A stretch of 63,713 bases of DNA, filler included, from Dugesia japonica (GCA_001938525.1; 6 parts of 6 records of this genome joined end to end with filler, not necessarily neighbours in it); one strand, 5' to 3'; shown: positions 12,714-27,671, counted from the first letter of the whole stretch. Notes: generated from the sequence alone by a model not told the origin. Made by a program: numbers and translations.

Positions 12714-13060
12714 AATGATTTCAATAATTTATTCACAAAGATATCGAGACATCGGAATGTGACTGTGATATTCATTACTCAAAATCTATTTCATCAATGA
12801 GGTAGTCATAGAACCTGCAATTTAAATGTACACTACTTGGTTCTATTAAAAAATTCTAGAGATTAAACTGTTATTGATTTTCTAGCATGACAAGCATATC
12901 CAAATAACAGACAATTTCTGATTGAATCATTTCAAGAGGCAACAGAAATACCTCATCAATATTTATTTCTTAACTTTACACAACAATGTTCTGATGACTA
13001 TAGAGTGAGGACAGATATACTCAATCCAAATGGTATCACAATATATAAACAAAACAGATA
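12714..13060 (+). pseudogene. Polinton FtsK/HerA-type packaging ATPase, C-terminal half
   Basis: One frame reads NLFTKISRHRNVTVIFITQNLFHQ*GSHRTCNLNVHYLVLLKNSRD*TVIDFLA*QAYP...EATEIPHQYLF...RVRTDI, with three in-frame stops. Confidence 0.85.
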
Positions 13061-13499
13061 CTTTTCTTACTTTTATAAACATGACAAAATAAAAAAATTC
13101 GTAGTTGATCAAGTAACTAATGATGTTGCGAAACGACAAAGAATCTCTTTTATGAAGAAAAAGAATGGAAAAAAGAGAAAACAATCGCATAAGAAAGAAG
13201 AAAAGCAGAAGTTGCTAGTAAATAAATGGAAGCAATTAAATATGATTAAAAACTAGCAAACAGAAACTGAGAATGATAAATGGATATCATTATTAACAAA
13301 TTAATTAATGTAGATTAGAGTGTGGCCAAAACTAAAGCATTGCAAAAACATAAAACATTATTAACGCTTGTAAATATAAAAAATAGATTTTCAACGAAGC
13401 CATATTACTAGTGATATAATAATGAATAATTTAACATTTGACACTATTGAACACTTAAAAAGATTTTCATTCAGTCAAAAGCCAACAATAACATTGGAA

Positions 13500-14140
13500 A
13501 ATAGTACAAATTTGGCTTTGAAACATTTTTATATTCTCTTTGATTCCTTTTAGAAAGGATGATTCTGTTGAAAAAATAAAATTTACGTATTTGTATGTAT
13601 CTGTTACTAAACATTACTTCCGATTTGAAAATGAATTGTATATAAAGGATATAAATCAACTAATTTAAATAGTTAAAGAAAAGCCTTTCAATGTTATTTA
13701 AAACTTTTATGCTATTTGAAAAAACTATCAACTATTTGAATTTAAAATGGGAAGATGAATTAAAAGTGTTTAATTTGACAAAATCTTAACAAAATCATTA
13801 GAATTAAATGAATCAAAATTTTGTCAAATAAATGTTGATGATGTACAACTACAATATAAATATATTAAGAAACATAGAATATTGAAGTATTATAATGAAA
13901 TGTTCATCTATTGCAGTATTGTTAAACCTATTGTTGTTTGTGATGTTAATGTTCCTTTATTGAAATCAATATGGATAGAAGAACATGATAATTGTTGATC
14001 GTTCAATATATATACATATTTCTTCATCATATTTAAAACAATATAGAAACCAATAAACGCGATGATAGTGAAGAACTAATCAATTTTACTGAAGACTCAA
14101 AAACTCATTTAACGTTACATTTTGGAAAAATTAACTTTAA
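13500..14140 (+). pseudogene. Polinton penton, C-terminal remnant
   Basis: EMFIYCSIVKPIVVCDVNVPLLKSIWIE (about 13897-13980) and ELINFTEDSKTHLTLHFGK; the latter is near-identical in DNA to about 10275-10340. Confidence 0.7.
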
Positions 14141-15089
14141 ATTAATTCGTCGAAGAAGTCACTTGATTTTTAATAGTTATTATATGATTTTATGGGTTCA
14201 GAATTTTTATGTTTATCACTTTAAACCATTTCGAGTCCATTTTCTCTAGTTTTCTTTAATTTTCAGGTAAACTTCTACCCATTTCTACCACTTTCAGGCA
14301 AATTTCACCATTTTTGGGCAAATTTCTCAGTTTCAGATCATTTTCACTATTTTCAGGTCATTTTCACTATTTTTTACTTTTACCCTATTTCCCATCATTT
14401 TTATCTTATTTTTAACATATTTCTCCTTATTTTATTTATATTTATAAAATAAATTTTGAATAGCAATAATGACACTTGGTTTAATTTATTAGGTGATTAT
14501 ATAGTAAAGATAAGTTCCCATAAATAAGTTATGGTTTATTTTATTGGATAAAGAATTATGTCCATTATACTTTGAGTTNAATATGGTTTCAACATGAAAA
14601 ATAATAGTTTTAGCTTGTGAAAAATGTGTATTCCTTCAATTAAATTCCTTCATTATTTAACTTCATCTTTGCTTGCTCATCGGTTTCTCTGCGTGCACCT
14701 TGGTTTTCATGGGTTTTATTTTCTTTTAAATACCTAATTATCAGTTAAGTTGTTAGTAAAATCAATCTTTGAACTTTAATTTAAATATTATTCTATTAAT
14801 CCTATATGGAAAATATAAGTTTCATCATTGAAGAATAATGGACTTATCATAAAAATATTTTTTGGACTTATCATAGAAACTTCGAGTTTAACCATTGTAA
14901 AATATGAGTTTGGGCATAGAAAATATTTAATAGAGTAAATCTAGTCACTAATTATATTACATTTATTCTATACATACATTCATTTAATATGCTTAATTTA
15001 TACACTGTTTGTCATATTTTTAGCCATTTCCCAACATTTACTCTATATAACCTATTTTAGCATATTTTCTATTATTTTGTCTTATTTTG

Positions 15090-17700
15090 TTTATTTTCTA
15101 TTGATTATTCAGTTAAGGATTAAATTTATTCATCGCTTAAATCTTATAGTCAGCTCTATAATTCATACTAAATATATACTTTACAACAAATAATTGGTTA
15201 ATTATTCACATATTTTCACCTTAATATAGAAAACACCTTTGAAAATAGACATTCTAATACGCTTTATTAACCAATTAATCATCAAATTGTAACAATAAAA
15301 TTCTAATCAATTATTCATAAATCTAATCTTTACCTTTGAAATTAATTAATTTATTCATTTAAATATTTTAAAATTAATTAGTTAAATCTTTATAGAAATT
15401 TTATTCAATCAAAGTAAAATTTAGTACCAACATATAAAAAATTATAAATTCAACTTTAAAATTGTAATATCCTAATTGAAAAAAAAATTAACCTTCTTTG
15501 AATTTAATTTTAGAATTCTTCTGAATTTACTGAATGTGAAGCCATAAATTTTAAAGGTTTTTCATCTTTATGATTGTAAAATTTTAAATTTAATAAAGTA
15601 GTACCAATAATAAGCATTTATTTGTAAAAAAGCTTAAATTTTCACTTCTTATTTCGAATGTAAAAAGTTATTGTATTTTACACTTTAAATTAAAGTTTTA
15701 GATACTTTTCTGATAATTATTTGAAAATTATTAATCCATCATACTTAATTTAATCAATCAATAATATTTTCAATGAATAGTTACAAATTATTTCAAATAT
15801 TTCAATGCTTAATAAATTGGCTATTATAATTTAAATTTAACCATAAAAATATATACATGGAATCTAATTTTTTTTAAAATTACCTTTTAAAATTTATTCA
15901 AAGCATTATTCAATTTACGAACAAAAGCATAGTTTTAATTAAATTACTAATTGAAAATTAATCAATTCATTATACTTAATTTAATCAATCAATTATATGA
16001 ATTATTTACAATAAATGTTTATAAATTATTTCAATGAATCAATTTTAATAAAAAATTCATATTGTAAATTAAATGTTAATTAGGTTTTACAATAAAAATA
16101 GAACACGAATTAAAATAAACATGAAATCTAAATTAATTTCAAAATTACAAGTAAAAATATAGAACAGGATAAATAATTTAATATTAATTAAACAGTACAT
16201 TTACCACTAGGGAAAAGTGAATACCATCAAATAGAGAAAGAAAACCAGTAAATGATATAAAAGATATGCAAGGAGTGAAAAAACCACTGATAATTAATGC
16301 TCGCAGAGTTTTGATGTCTGAGGACTAGTGATGACTGAGGTGTGAGAAAAGACCAATGAAGAATAAATTATCAACCAAATTGATTAAAAACCCATCCAAA
16401 AATAGGCTGAATCTATCGCATTGAGTAAATTTGTAATCCTATTTATATGTTGCTCGGGGACTTCGAAATAAAGTACTTGTTTTTTCTATATAATTTTTTA
16501 TCTAAAAGGTTTTCTGATTTTTGCCTGTGTTATTCGTACTAACCGTAAACGTTCCTATCGACTAGTATCAATTTCGATAAATTTTGAGTTACTTTTGATA
16601 TTTTCGAAAAATGGTACGATATCCGAGGGGACAGCTGTACATATTTATTAGGAAGCATTTTCTCGAGACGATATTTTCATTTTATCCAGTCACTTTTCTT
16701 TTCCTGAGTAAAATAATGCTAGATTTGAAACAAGATGAGTTATCTGTTTGCATAGATTTGAGTGCTAAAATCTGAAATTTGAGATTTATCAACACAAAAC
16801 ATCATTTATTTCATTAAGTATTAACTTTAACGATTTTAAGTTAACACATTTAGAATAAGCAAAATATTCTCTATCGAATAGTCAATTTCTAAGCATATTT
16901 TGACAAGAAAAAGCTTTTCAAAAAATCCTGTGCAAAATACTGGGAAACCCAAAAATGATTGCCGTAAAATTCTGAGCAGTTTGGTATAAATATCTTTGAA
17001 ATCTGAGATAGAAAATATTTTTATCAAAAATTTAGGCAGTTCTCCCGGATTAGAATACAAATTTCATTTAAATAATTTTCATATTGTTTAAACAACATAG
17101 AGTGTTTACCCGAATTTAAACAAAAATTAAAATTTTCTTTTAAAAACTTGAAAATATAAAGAAATTCGACTTTTCACACGAATTTCCTTAAAATTCAACC
17201 TAAACTAACCAGCACGAAGAAATTATCACTCAAATTCAACTAAATCCAAACTTTGTGAGTAAATAATTGACTAAGATTGTCCAAAACCTATCCAAACTGA
17301 CTATTCCTGAGTAAAAATTTAAATAATTTCACATTTATTTAACCAATTTTTACCAAACCGAGGAAATATTTGACCAAATCGTCCAAAACTAACTTAAATT
17401 GGTTATTCCAGAGGAGATAATTCAACCAAATCACCCAAAAGTCATTCAAACTGACCAGCTCGAAAAACATATTTGACCAAAATTTATCTTATTCAACCTC
17501 ACCGAGCGAATTATCAAGAAAATTCATTTGAACCAATCAAAAATTGATCTCATTGGACCTCTCCGAGGAAATTCCAGACAACAATTGACCTCATTCAACC
17601 TCACTGAATAATTTCCTAACCAAAAAGCTTGAAAAATAATACAGCTTAGGAAGCCTAAAAAATTTTCCCAGCTAAAAAGTTTAAAAAATACTACAGCTTA
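15090..17700 (+). repeat. Diverged second copy of the interior of the 3092-6814 element
   Basis: Collinear similarity, e.g. 4260-4440 vs 15525-15700, 5480-5840 vs 16450-16820, 5845-6550 vs 17135-17700. Further partial copies at 1-360, 2030-2340 and 43455-45420. Confidence 0.8.
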
Positions 17701-17709
17701 AAAAGCCTG

Positions 17710-17860
17710 AGTAGTAGGATAGTAGCGCAGTGTATAAAAGGTTATCTATGATTTTTCCAATGTAAATAGGTGGTGGCACACATTTGCGTGCTATTACGTA
17801 AGTGATCTATGATTTTTGTAATGTAAATAGGCGACGAACAAAATTTATGTGCGATCACAT
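17710..17860 (+). mobile_element. Maverick-type terminus (left end of another copy)
   Basis: AGTAGTAGGATAGTAGCGCA followed by aatgtaaataggtggtggcacacattt, matching the reverse complement of 55510-55631. Confidence 0.55.
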
Positions 17861-19339
17861 AATTTTTGCTCGTATTTGTTGTGTGCCTTATTCGAATTTT
17901 TTTGAAATTTTTAGATTTTTGCGAAGTTTTAAGATATTTTGAAAGTTTTATCTAATTTTTTCAAATTTTAAATTTCGAGCGCATTTTTTATTTTAAAATT
18001 ATTTAGGGAATTTTGCCTTGTTTTAATATTTCAATTTAATTTATTTTGAACATTAATATTTAAAATCTAATAAAAAAAATTTTTAAATAGCAAATAATAA
18101 TTATAAATTATAAATCAAAATGATATATTAGAAACACATATTAAATTATACATATAGTACGCACAAAAATAAATTCAAAATAATAATAATAATAANAAAT
18201 AAGAAATTTCAATATAGTATTATATAAGAATTTTACTCGATTAATTTTAGATTATAATTTTATTCGATAGATTTTCACGGGTAATATCTTAAGCAGTTAA
18301 TTTAAAGAGTTTTAATTGGGTTAAAAAAGTTTGATTAATTTTTAGCAATTAATTTAGAATTCAATTTTTTATATAAGATTTTCACCTGTAGTATTTGTTC
18401 ATTTGAATTTAGGTAGTTGATTTTTACAATAGATTTTAAGTAGTTATTTTTTACCTTATAATTTTTTTAATAAGATTTTAACATAGAGTACGTTTTTAAT
18501 AGTTAATTTTTGCTTGGATTAATTTTCAAGTAGCTAAGTCTTCATTTTTTAATTAAATAATAAAACTTAGGCTAACGTTTATTTTCTACAATTTGACATG
18601 GGTTTATATTAGAATTTTAAGAAAGAGTAATTCAAATAGGTTAAGTTTAAGTAGTTAATTTTTATGTAGGTAAAGTTTTCATATAAAATTTTCACTGGTT
18701 TAGTTTTGAATTTTACCTAGTTTTATTTAAGTTTTTCTTTAAGACTTTCACATTGATTAATTTTCCCTGATTGTATTTTATTTTTATTCCACTAATATTT
18801 TCATAGATTATTTTTGGTTGGTAGTATATTTAAATTTCACGCTGGTAATATTTTACAGTTTTTAGTATAAAGATGTATTGTATTAGTTTGAAATTTTAAT
18901 GTCTTGGTTTAGATTTTCATATTTCGGTTTTTAATTTTAAACTGTAGACTTTGAATTTTATTATAATAGTTTCAGATTTCATGTCATAAGTTTAATATTT
19001 TACATGCTGAGCATTAATCTTTATGTATTGGTTTAAAATTTTTATGTATTATTTTTGGTTTTGTATGATGGATTATAAATTCTTTGCTTTTGATTACAAT
19101 TTTTATTGTGTTGGCTTAGAAAGTTTAGCGAATTGGTTTAGATTTTTAATGTATTGGTTCCNAATTCATAGGTATTCGTTTGGATTTTTATATGATGATT
19201 TATAAGTCTTGTTAGGTAGTTCTTTAATTTATAATTAATTTTCAAAATCACAACTATTTTTAGAAAATATTTATTTCAATTCACACATCTATTTCTATTA
19301 TATAATTATATGAGAATAGAACCATAAAAATATTTATCT

Positions 19340-21435
19340 ACCAAAAAACCAAGAAAATTTTTTGGTTGTAGAAATGTGAGCCACGTTAGAAGGTTATGTC
19401 AAGAGGAGAGGTGTAAAAGATTTTAAAATGGTTGAGGTAGGGTAGAAGAGTGTTACACAAATTTGAAAATGAATAGAACAACCGAAAAATTTGTGAATAA
19501 TGGAGGGTCAAGAAACCGATATAATCGAATTCATGCGATTGCACATAAAGAAGTCAATACAAACGATTAATATGAGGAAGTATGTGAAAGTGATTTCAAA
19601 GACAGTACCCAAAAGACAAAGCTCCACCAGTAGATGAGTTGGTTGGAACCCTTCATTGTTAAAGGAAGTGAGTAATTATCTTCAAAAGTTCAAAAAGTGG
19701 GATGATATCGCGAAGTTATAGACAAAGTATACAGGTTCTTAAAGAAGGAAAATTTTGCGGATAATAAAAAATGAGAATGGGTTAGAAGCCTAACGGCGTG
19801 AAGAAGTTGAAAGGCTTCTTAAGAATTTGTAATTACTACAGGAAGTTAATAGAAAACTACGCAAGAAAATCAATGATCTTATAACAGTTGTGTAGTGGAC
19901 CAAGCAACAAGTAATTAGAATGGACAGATGAAATAAACGTTACTTTTGAGTGTTTGAAGAAAGCTCTAATGACTGCGTCAATATTGTGTTTTCCAGACAT
20001 AAAAAGAGAAGTTATATTAGATACAGATGCCAGTTTCGATAGAATTGGAACAGTTTTGTCACAGAAAGATAAAGAAAGCAGAGAAAGAGTTGAAAGAAAG
20101 GATCATGCAAAAGGATATTTTGAATCACGCAAAAAGTATTATTGACTGTGTAGTATTTCTTCATGCGTTTCAAACATTACTTGTACAGTTTTAGATTTAG
20201 TGTTAGAACAGATCATAAAGCTCTAACTTTCATGATGACGACGAAGAAATCAATTACGTCACAATTTCAGACATGGATTAATTATCTGAGTAGTCGAGAT
20301 ATTGTGTTGGAATATAGAAAAGGAATTCAACATAGTAATGCATATATGTTATCTAGACCAAGATGGGAAGTATGTGTAAAATTTCAGATAGCACTTGAAG
20401 ATGTCAAGGAAAGTAAGATTAAAACAAGAGTACTGAACGCAATTGAAAAAGAAAAAAGTATCAATTAAACATAATCAAGAAAATTTAAATTTTGGATGAC
20501 AAAATACGTAGAACAATAGAAGAAGTACACAAATTATTATGTCACGCAGGATTTGAGAAGGTGTACAAATATTTTAGAGATAAATACAGTGCAAAGAGTT
20601 TGTGGAATCCAATACAGACTATAGTTCGTAGTTATGAAATTTGTCAGAAGACCAAAATAGTGACGACAGCAACTAAAAAGAAAACAAAGAGACTAGAAGC
20701 TACCAATTTATTTAAACATATTCATAGATATATGTGTATCATTGTGGAAATCAAGTGGACGGAAAAAATACATACTTGGAATAATAGACCACTTCAGTAC
20801 ATATCTGGTAATTATAGCCCTGCCTAGAAAAGACTAATGAAACAATACAAAAAGCTATTTTTGAGCAGTGGATTTTGAGATTTGATTGTCCAAGAGAAAT
20901 AAAGCTAGATTGTGTGAAAAGCCTTTGAATACAGAGTTATGAGAGAGTTTGCACAGAAGTTAGACATTAAGCTGTGTTTTTCGAGTCCTTATCATTACAA
21001 TGTAAATGGACAAATTGAAAAATAGTTCAGGACAGTTCGAGATTTGATTATTGCAACACTTTTGGATAGAAAGACAAGAGATTGGACAGATACCTTATCG
21101 GAAATATAATTAACAATGAACGCGACAAAGCAGAAGACGACTAGGAAGTGCCCAACTGAGATTTTATTTGAAAAATAATTAGTAGAGAAAAGTCGTAAAA
21201 GTCAGACGTTTCATAGAAAAATAAGAAAAGAATTTCAGAAGTAACTAAAAATAGAGAATTCAAAGTAGGAGATTATGTATTTATCATGATAGAAATAAGA
21301 ATTAAAAGCCAAAACAGATTTAAAAGTCCTTATTGAATAATTGAGAGAATTCACGAAAGAAAATATGCGGTGCAAGGAGTAAAGGAACGGTGAAATGTGG
21401 ATAAATTTAAAACGTTTCTTATGAAGGCGGATTTA
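19340..21435 (+). mobile_element. Ty3/gypsy remnant (zinc knuckle, RNase H, integrase; RT core deleted)
   Basis: GCRNVSHVRRLC, LKGFLRICNYYRK, ILDTDASFDRIGTVLSQ, RTDHKAL, HKLLCHAG..CEIC-like HHCC, FSSPYH..NGQIE, purine tract near 21422. Confidence 0.88.
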
Positions 21436-22734
21436 AGTAAATAATTTTAACTTAATAATTAATTCACCCAATAGACATCATTTAAATTGCAGATAAATAT
21501 TTTTATGGTCTATCCTCATATAATTATATTATTGAGATAGCTATGTGTATTGAAATAAATTATGTCTAAAAAACATAAAANNNNNNNNNNNNNNNNNNNN
21601 NNNNNNNNNNNNNNNNNNNNNAAATTACATAAATCAAACGAAAATTATAATCTTACATAAAAATCAACTTAGTAAAATTAACTTAAAAACTTCAAAAAAA
21701 CTAACACTTTCAATTATTTGATACAATTAAAACCTAAAATATACTCAATCTACTTAATACATTCAATATAATCTATTAATTCAACAAATTTATCTAATTT
21801 AATAAAATCAATTAATACATTCGACCTATTAATTTCATATAGATTACTTGATTGCTCTATTCAATATAATCATAAAGCCAATGAAAACTGTGAGCATAAT
21901 GCACGTTATAATCTAAGTTAAATATGCTTAATAAACTAATAAACATTGAAAAATCTAAAAAACCAACTATACTAATAAAACTAATACATTGAATTTACTA
22001 CACTAATCACCATAGATAATTCGTTTAATATGTTTACTTCATCAAATACAATCAATTATATCCAATCTTTATGTTTAATTCACTGAACCTTAGTAATGCA
22101 TAAATTCATTAAATAATTATTTAAATCAATCAGATTCTATGCCAAATGAATTGAACTTAAATGTAACACATAAACTCAAAAAAAAANNNNNNNNNNNNNN
22201 NNNNNNNNNNNNNNNNNNNNNNNNNNNNNNTTAATTAATTAANNNNNNNNNNNNNNNNNNNNNNNNNNNNNNNNNNNNNNNNNNNNATATTTAATTTTAA
22301 AAATATTGCATGGTCAATCACATTAATCTTAGCGCCATTATCAACAATCAACATTAAATTCGTTATTTAATTTTAACTTTAAACAGAGTCTTCCTGACAT
22401 TTTATTATACACAATCTTATCGTCATAATTATTTATTAAATTTACATTATTTAAATTTNTATTTAAAACTGAAACATCATTGGAAATTAAAATNTTATCT
22501 ATAAAATATTCATTTTTATATTTTAAAGTTTTGTTAAATAAATCATCAATCGACAAATATTTACATTCATTCAGTGGAACAGGCATCATCATAGATATTC
22601 ATAGAACAAAAATTTGAACCACAAAAAATTGAAGAACAAAAAATTGAAAAACAAAAAATTGAAGATCAATTGATGGAGACCAACCCCCATCCCCCCTTGC
22701 CCAGATAAATGCAACTGTTCTAGTGCTGAAATAT

Positions 22735-23616
22735 TTACCTACTACTTCGTGGCTTGTTGTAGATTTGTCTTCTTTCTGCTCTCAAGGGATTAATTTCATG
22801 GCATTGAAATCGGAGATGTTCTGGATTCTTACAATGCGAACATTTAACATTAGGACATTGTGAGCGTGTGTAACCTTGTTCTCTGCATGCCAAACACTTT
22901 CTCAATCTGAAAATCTGAACATTGGGTTCAAAAGTTCTTTTCATAAGATTTCCGCTATTCCTTCGATATATCTTGAAATCATATTTTTGCTCATAATTTT
23001 TACTTTGATTTAAATTTTCATTGAATCTTGGTTTATTAAATCTATTATTTGAATTTGGAATTTTACGTGCTACTGTTGCTTATGTAACTTTTTTCTTCAA
23101 CGCTGATATTCTATATTATGGTTCCATTTCCTTTTTCAATCCATCAATTTTAAAAATAATTTCTTTCATTTTTCAACATCTTCTATATCTCTCCTTTTAA
23201 TTTCTTTTTTGACTTCTTTATCGTCCATTGAATTTTGTAAAAGGAATTTGACGAGTTTTTCCTTCGTTAACTGGTGATGCAGAATATTATTTGCTAATTT
23301 TTCAACTTTTGATAAAAATGAAATTTAGTCTACGATATTTCAAGGCGTTAATTAGATCTTTACAAAGGTCTGTAGGCTCTGAAAATGCTTCTGTACATCT
23401 TGTTTCAAAATCTTCAATCTTTGAATCGATTGCTTTATATAATTTGACATGTGTCTGTTGTCATAAAGCTTTTATAATTATTTTCTTTAACTGATTCGAA
23501 GTCTTGGAAATTTCAAAAAATCTGTTTGCCTCTTCAATAAATTCTTCAATATTTCCTCCTATCTCGAAAATCTTGGGTGTTGGAATCCATGAATTCAGGA
23601 TTGGCGTGGATGCCAT
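22735..23616 (-). mobile_element. Retrotransposon gag remnant with two zinc knuckles
   Basis: IPTPKIFEIGGNIEEFIEEANRFF at the N-terminus; CLACREQGYTRSQC and CSHCKNPEHLRFQC knuckles. Confidence 0.75.
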
Positions 23617-25029
23617 GTTAGACTTTGAAATAGAGTTAAGCATAAAATATATAATCTAAAAACAAAATGACACTGTAACAAATATATATAACTGTTGAGG
23701 AATCAGTTATGTAATAATGTCTGAGCACTAAAATCATACACACATTCAAACAGTCAAACAGTCAATCACGCATTCATCTATTATCACATACATATGTCGA
23801 TTTATTTATATAAAGGTTCATATGAAATATTACATTATTAGTCATATCTCACAAGAACCAAGAAGGAGTTCTAATAACAACAGTCTTACATTAATCGAGG
23901 CCTCTTGGATAAACGACAAGGACAATTATAAATGTTTGTGTAAATAAATTTTGTTTATGAAAGACACCTTTATGAGCGTTTGAAATGAATAATCGAAAGA
24001 AATGACCGTAGTCAGCGAGGAATGAATGAAACTGTTAAGCTATTTGTTATTTTTCTTTAATATGTTAAGATACATAATTTTAAAGTAGATACATACATGC
24101 AATAGTGTATGTATTTACTTGTTTGTATTATTCTTAAGATAATAAAAATAATTAAATAATAAAAACATTAATAAAATATATCGACAGAATTAGAAATTTA
24201 AATTAAAATAAACTTTAAACAAAAAATAAATATTTGGGAACTGCCAAAATGGAAAATAATATTGGAAAACTAAGCAACCATCGAAAACTAGAGCTTGGAA
24301 TTAAAATTGGCAATTAAATTAAATTTAATAAAATTTGACAATCGCGAGAAAAAAAGAAATAGGCAGAAATATATCAAAATAATAAAGATGTAGTATAAAT
24401 ATTCTTCCTGTTATAAATAGTCAAACTATCGCAGATAAAATATTACCGAAACTTTTCAAAAATCAAAGTTGATTTGTTTCTTATGCAGTTGAAGTTATAC
24501 AAACCATACAGTGAATAGTGCCACAGCAATTACGAAAAGTAACTAATTTTATTTTGTGAATAAAATTGTTAAACTTTTACTAGTTAGTTATTTTAGTTAC
24601 TATTACTTTTATATAATTTTAATTCGTGTAGTGTATTTGCTAATAAGCTATTTAATACTTTCTGTGCAGCATACATCATATCTGTCCCCACACAACTTGA
24701 CTGACTCTCTTAGGCCATCAGATTTTCTTTTACTACAAAACTAACTAAAATCAATAAAAAATTAAAATATAAGGTAACGCAGTACATAAGGGAACACCTT
24801 TAGGATATAAATCAAGTAGATTACAATATAACCATCTTTTTACTATAAAACAAAGACAGAATATCACATAGTTCTACATAGAATCAAGGAAAATGGAACA
24901 ATGCACAAGACATTGTCAAATTTCTACCGGCTTTGGGGTATCAACCTCTAGAAGATATTAACATAAAGAAGAATAGCTAACAAGAGTATCAAAAGGAAGT
25001 GTCCGCGAAGAAGATGATAACATAAAAAA

Positions 25030-25470
25030 TCTCGAAACCCAACAAATCCATGTCTGGAATTATGACATAATTGTTTTTTAGTCGTTATCATTAAAGTAAG
25101 ATCTTTATGATATGTCCTAAGAGTGTATCTTCCGCCATGTAAGTAATGCTTGATATACATTCAAAAATAATGAGTTGATAACTTTCGTTGATTGAAATTG
25201 GCCCATACATAACATCTCTTCCATTTTCTTCATTATCTCTCTGTTACAATACTGATCCAATTGTATTAAAACTGACGTTTGTATCTAATATAAACTTTTT
25301 GTTTATTTGTGGAAAACACAATATGGAGCAGTTATTAGATTTTTACAAAGACTAATGAAGATATCGTTTATTTCAGCTGTCCACTTTAACTTCTTATTGT
25401 TTGGATCTTTGCATTAATTGTATGTTTTCTATGAACTTATAGTATTAATTACAAATTCCATAGAAAATTC
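25030..25470 (-). mobile_element. Ty3/gypsy RNase H fragment
   Basis: APYVCFPQINKKFILDTNVSF..IGSVL, KHYLHGGRYTLRT.HK.L, SQFQTW. Confidence 0.75.
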
Positions 25471-27519
25471 NNNNNNNNNNNNNNNNNNNNNNNNNNNNNN
25501 NNNNNNNNNNNNNNNNNNNNNNNNNNGTGTGAATCATAACTTTTGCTTTGAATCGAATCTCAAATCAAATCAGAACAGAATATTCGATTTTGAACCGGAC
25601 TCTCGAATCGAATCGGTATTGCAGTGTTTGTACAAATTTCGGCCAGAAAAGAAATTAGTTTTTCATAGTACATTTTGATGTCAGCGGACCACTTTTCGAA
25701 TTTTTATTATTTATTAACCAATAAGAAAAGTAATTCCTTTTGTTTTTAAGCTCTAATAAATATATACGCTTTATGTTTTGACATATTATGCTATATATTT
25801 GTAAGAATTTGTCTTTCAACCAAACTAACTCTTTTTGATGAACTGTTTGTAGTTTAAATTACGAATAAGCTGTGCGCGGCTTTTGATGGATATGGAAACA
25901 ATTTTTACTTCTCTTTTCAATACAAGAAACTACTTTCACGGCTGCTTACTGGTTGCTTACAATGCGCTGATTTACATACTAATTCTTTCTGCTACTGTTA
26001 GCTCCAATTCACTATTTTCATTTGCTTGCTGAGTAGTAAGAAATCTTCTAAACAATGAATCTAGAAAACTTGTTTCCAGACTTTCAAATCTATCTATCTA
26101 TCTATCTACCAAATCTATCTCTTGTGCTAGTTGTTGATTCAGTCATTGATATTGTATTGTAATTTGTTGTGTCAGTCATAAAAACTGCGTTCTCTGACTT
26201 TAAAATCAGACCAATAAATGCCTGAATCTTAAATAAATGAAAAGTAATGTATAGTCACTATCAAGTATTTTGAGTGATTGTCAGCATTTCAATGGTAAAA
26301 TGTTATTGAAAGCATAGAGACTGTGATGTTTTATTTTAATAACTCCACAAATTTCTCACGTAAGCAATTACTCATGTCTTCAAGGTGTTGTGATAGTGCA
26401 TTGGTTGATGTGGAGAATAACCACAGTTTGTTAAAACTGAACATAATTTCTTAAACCCGACACCAGCTACGGCTTCAAACGGCTTTCCATTCACCCAGAT
26501 AAATTTTAAAACAGTTGCATCTTACACGGTTATATTGCTTTCGTCAATTTTTTTAGTAAAAGTTTGGAAAGAGTAGGTTGTTTAGTTTGAATCATTGGTT
26601 TATCTAGTTGTGCAGTAGGTTTCATTGCTTTTTCACAATGTCTTCTCCTCTGGTTTCTTGGTAAACTTTAAGTGTTTTCTTTGTAAGTGATTAAATAAGG
26701 GCACAGCCATACCTGAAAATTATGTAGAAAATGGTTTCTAACAATTTACAATTGAAATGTATCATGTCAATCAAAATAAAATTTAGCTTTGGAGTGGAAC
26801 ATGATAACGATGAATTTAAAGGACCGGTCATTTCAGAAAATCAACAGCCTAAAATAAAAACAGAATACATCAGCAAACTATTGATTTAATATGCAATTAT
26901 TTGAAAAATATTATTTATGCATAAGCACATTAAATATTATTTAAGATCAATAAAGAAAATAACTCATTTAAGAAAGTCTTTAAAGAACTGAAAATAAGCT
27001 ATAATTTTCTTATACTTTTTTATTGTTAAATGAAAACAGCATTTACTGTTTAATATTTTGTGTGTAATAATTAAAATTGATGGGAATGTCTGTGCCGATT
27101 ACATTTGACCTAGAGAAATTATGATCATTCGTTGATAATATTGTTTTATTGTGTATTGATGATTTGTTGATTTGAATCACAAAACTAAATTTGTTTTTTT
27201 TCATTTTGCGCTTATTAATATTTAATGTTCTATACTATGTTCTATTTGTCCACACTTGTGTAAAATTCCATTAATTCTTTCATTAACAAATTAAATTCTT
27301 TACAGAAAGAATTTTTAAAGTCGGATAGAATATTTATAAATAAATAAGTGATAACTGGAAATTTATGTCAATTTAATAATGCTTTCATAGTAATTGAAAG
27401 TGAATATAATACTTTTTTGTTTGTTGAGAAATAAAAAAAACTGAAAGAAAATATCAGTTAGAAATAATGAATTTCTTACATAAGTAATTTTATTAATATT
27501 TATCAATTTTATTTAAATA

Positions 27520-27671
27520 CAGTCTAACCTCTCTAAGACGACACTCCAAGGGACTGGACTCAAATGTCGTCGTAGTGAATTATTTTTCAGTTGATGCAAT
27601 CACCTGTCTGTATAAATTATTGAAAGAAAACCCCGTTTTTCATCAGTGCATTCAAAAAAGGGGTTTCACTG
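27520..27671. mobile_element. Short Tc1/mariner(pogo)-type MITE
   Basis: TA-CAGTCTAACCTC ... GGGGTTTCACTG-TA: imperfect TIRs with TA target duplication; internal inverted GACGACA/TGTCGTC. Confidence 0.55.

Noticed and set aside
25526-26720. GAATCGAATC repeats and weak gag-like words on the minus strand
   Set aside because: Too degenerate to assign ends or family.
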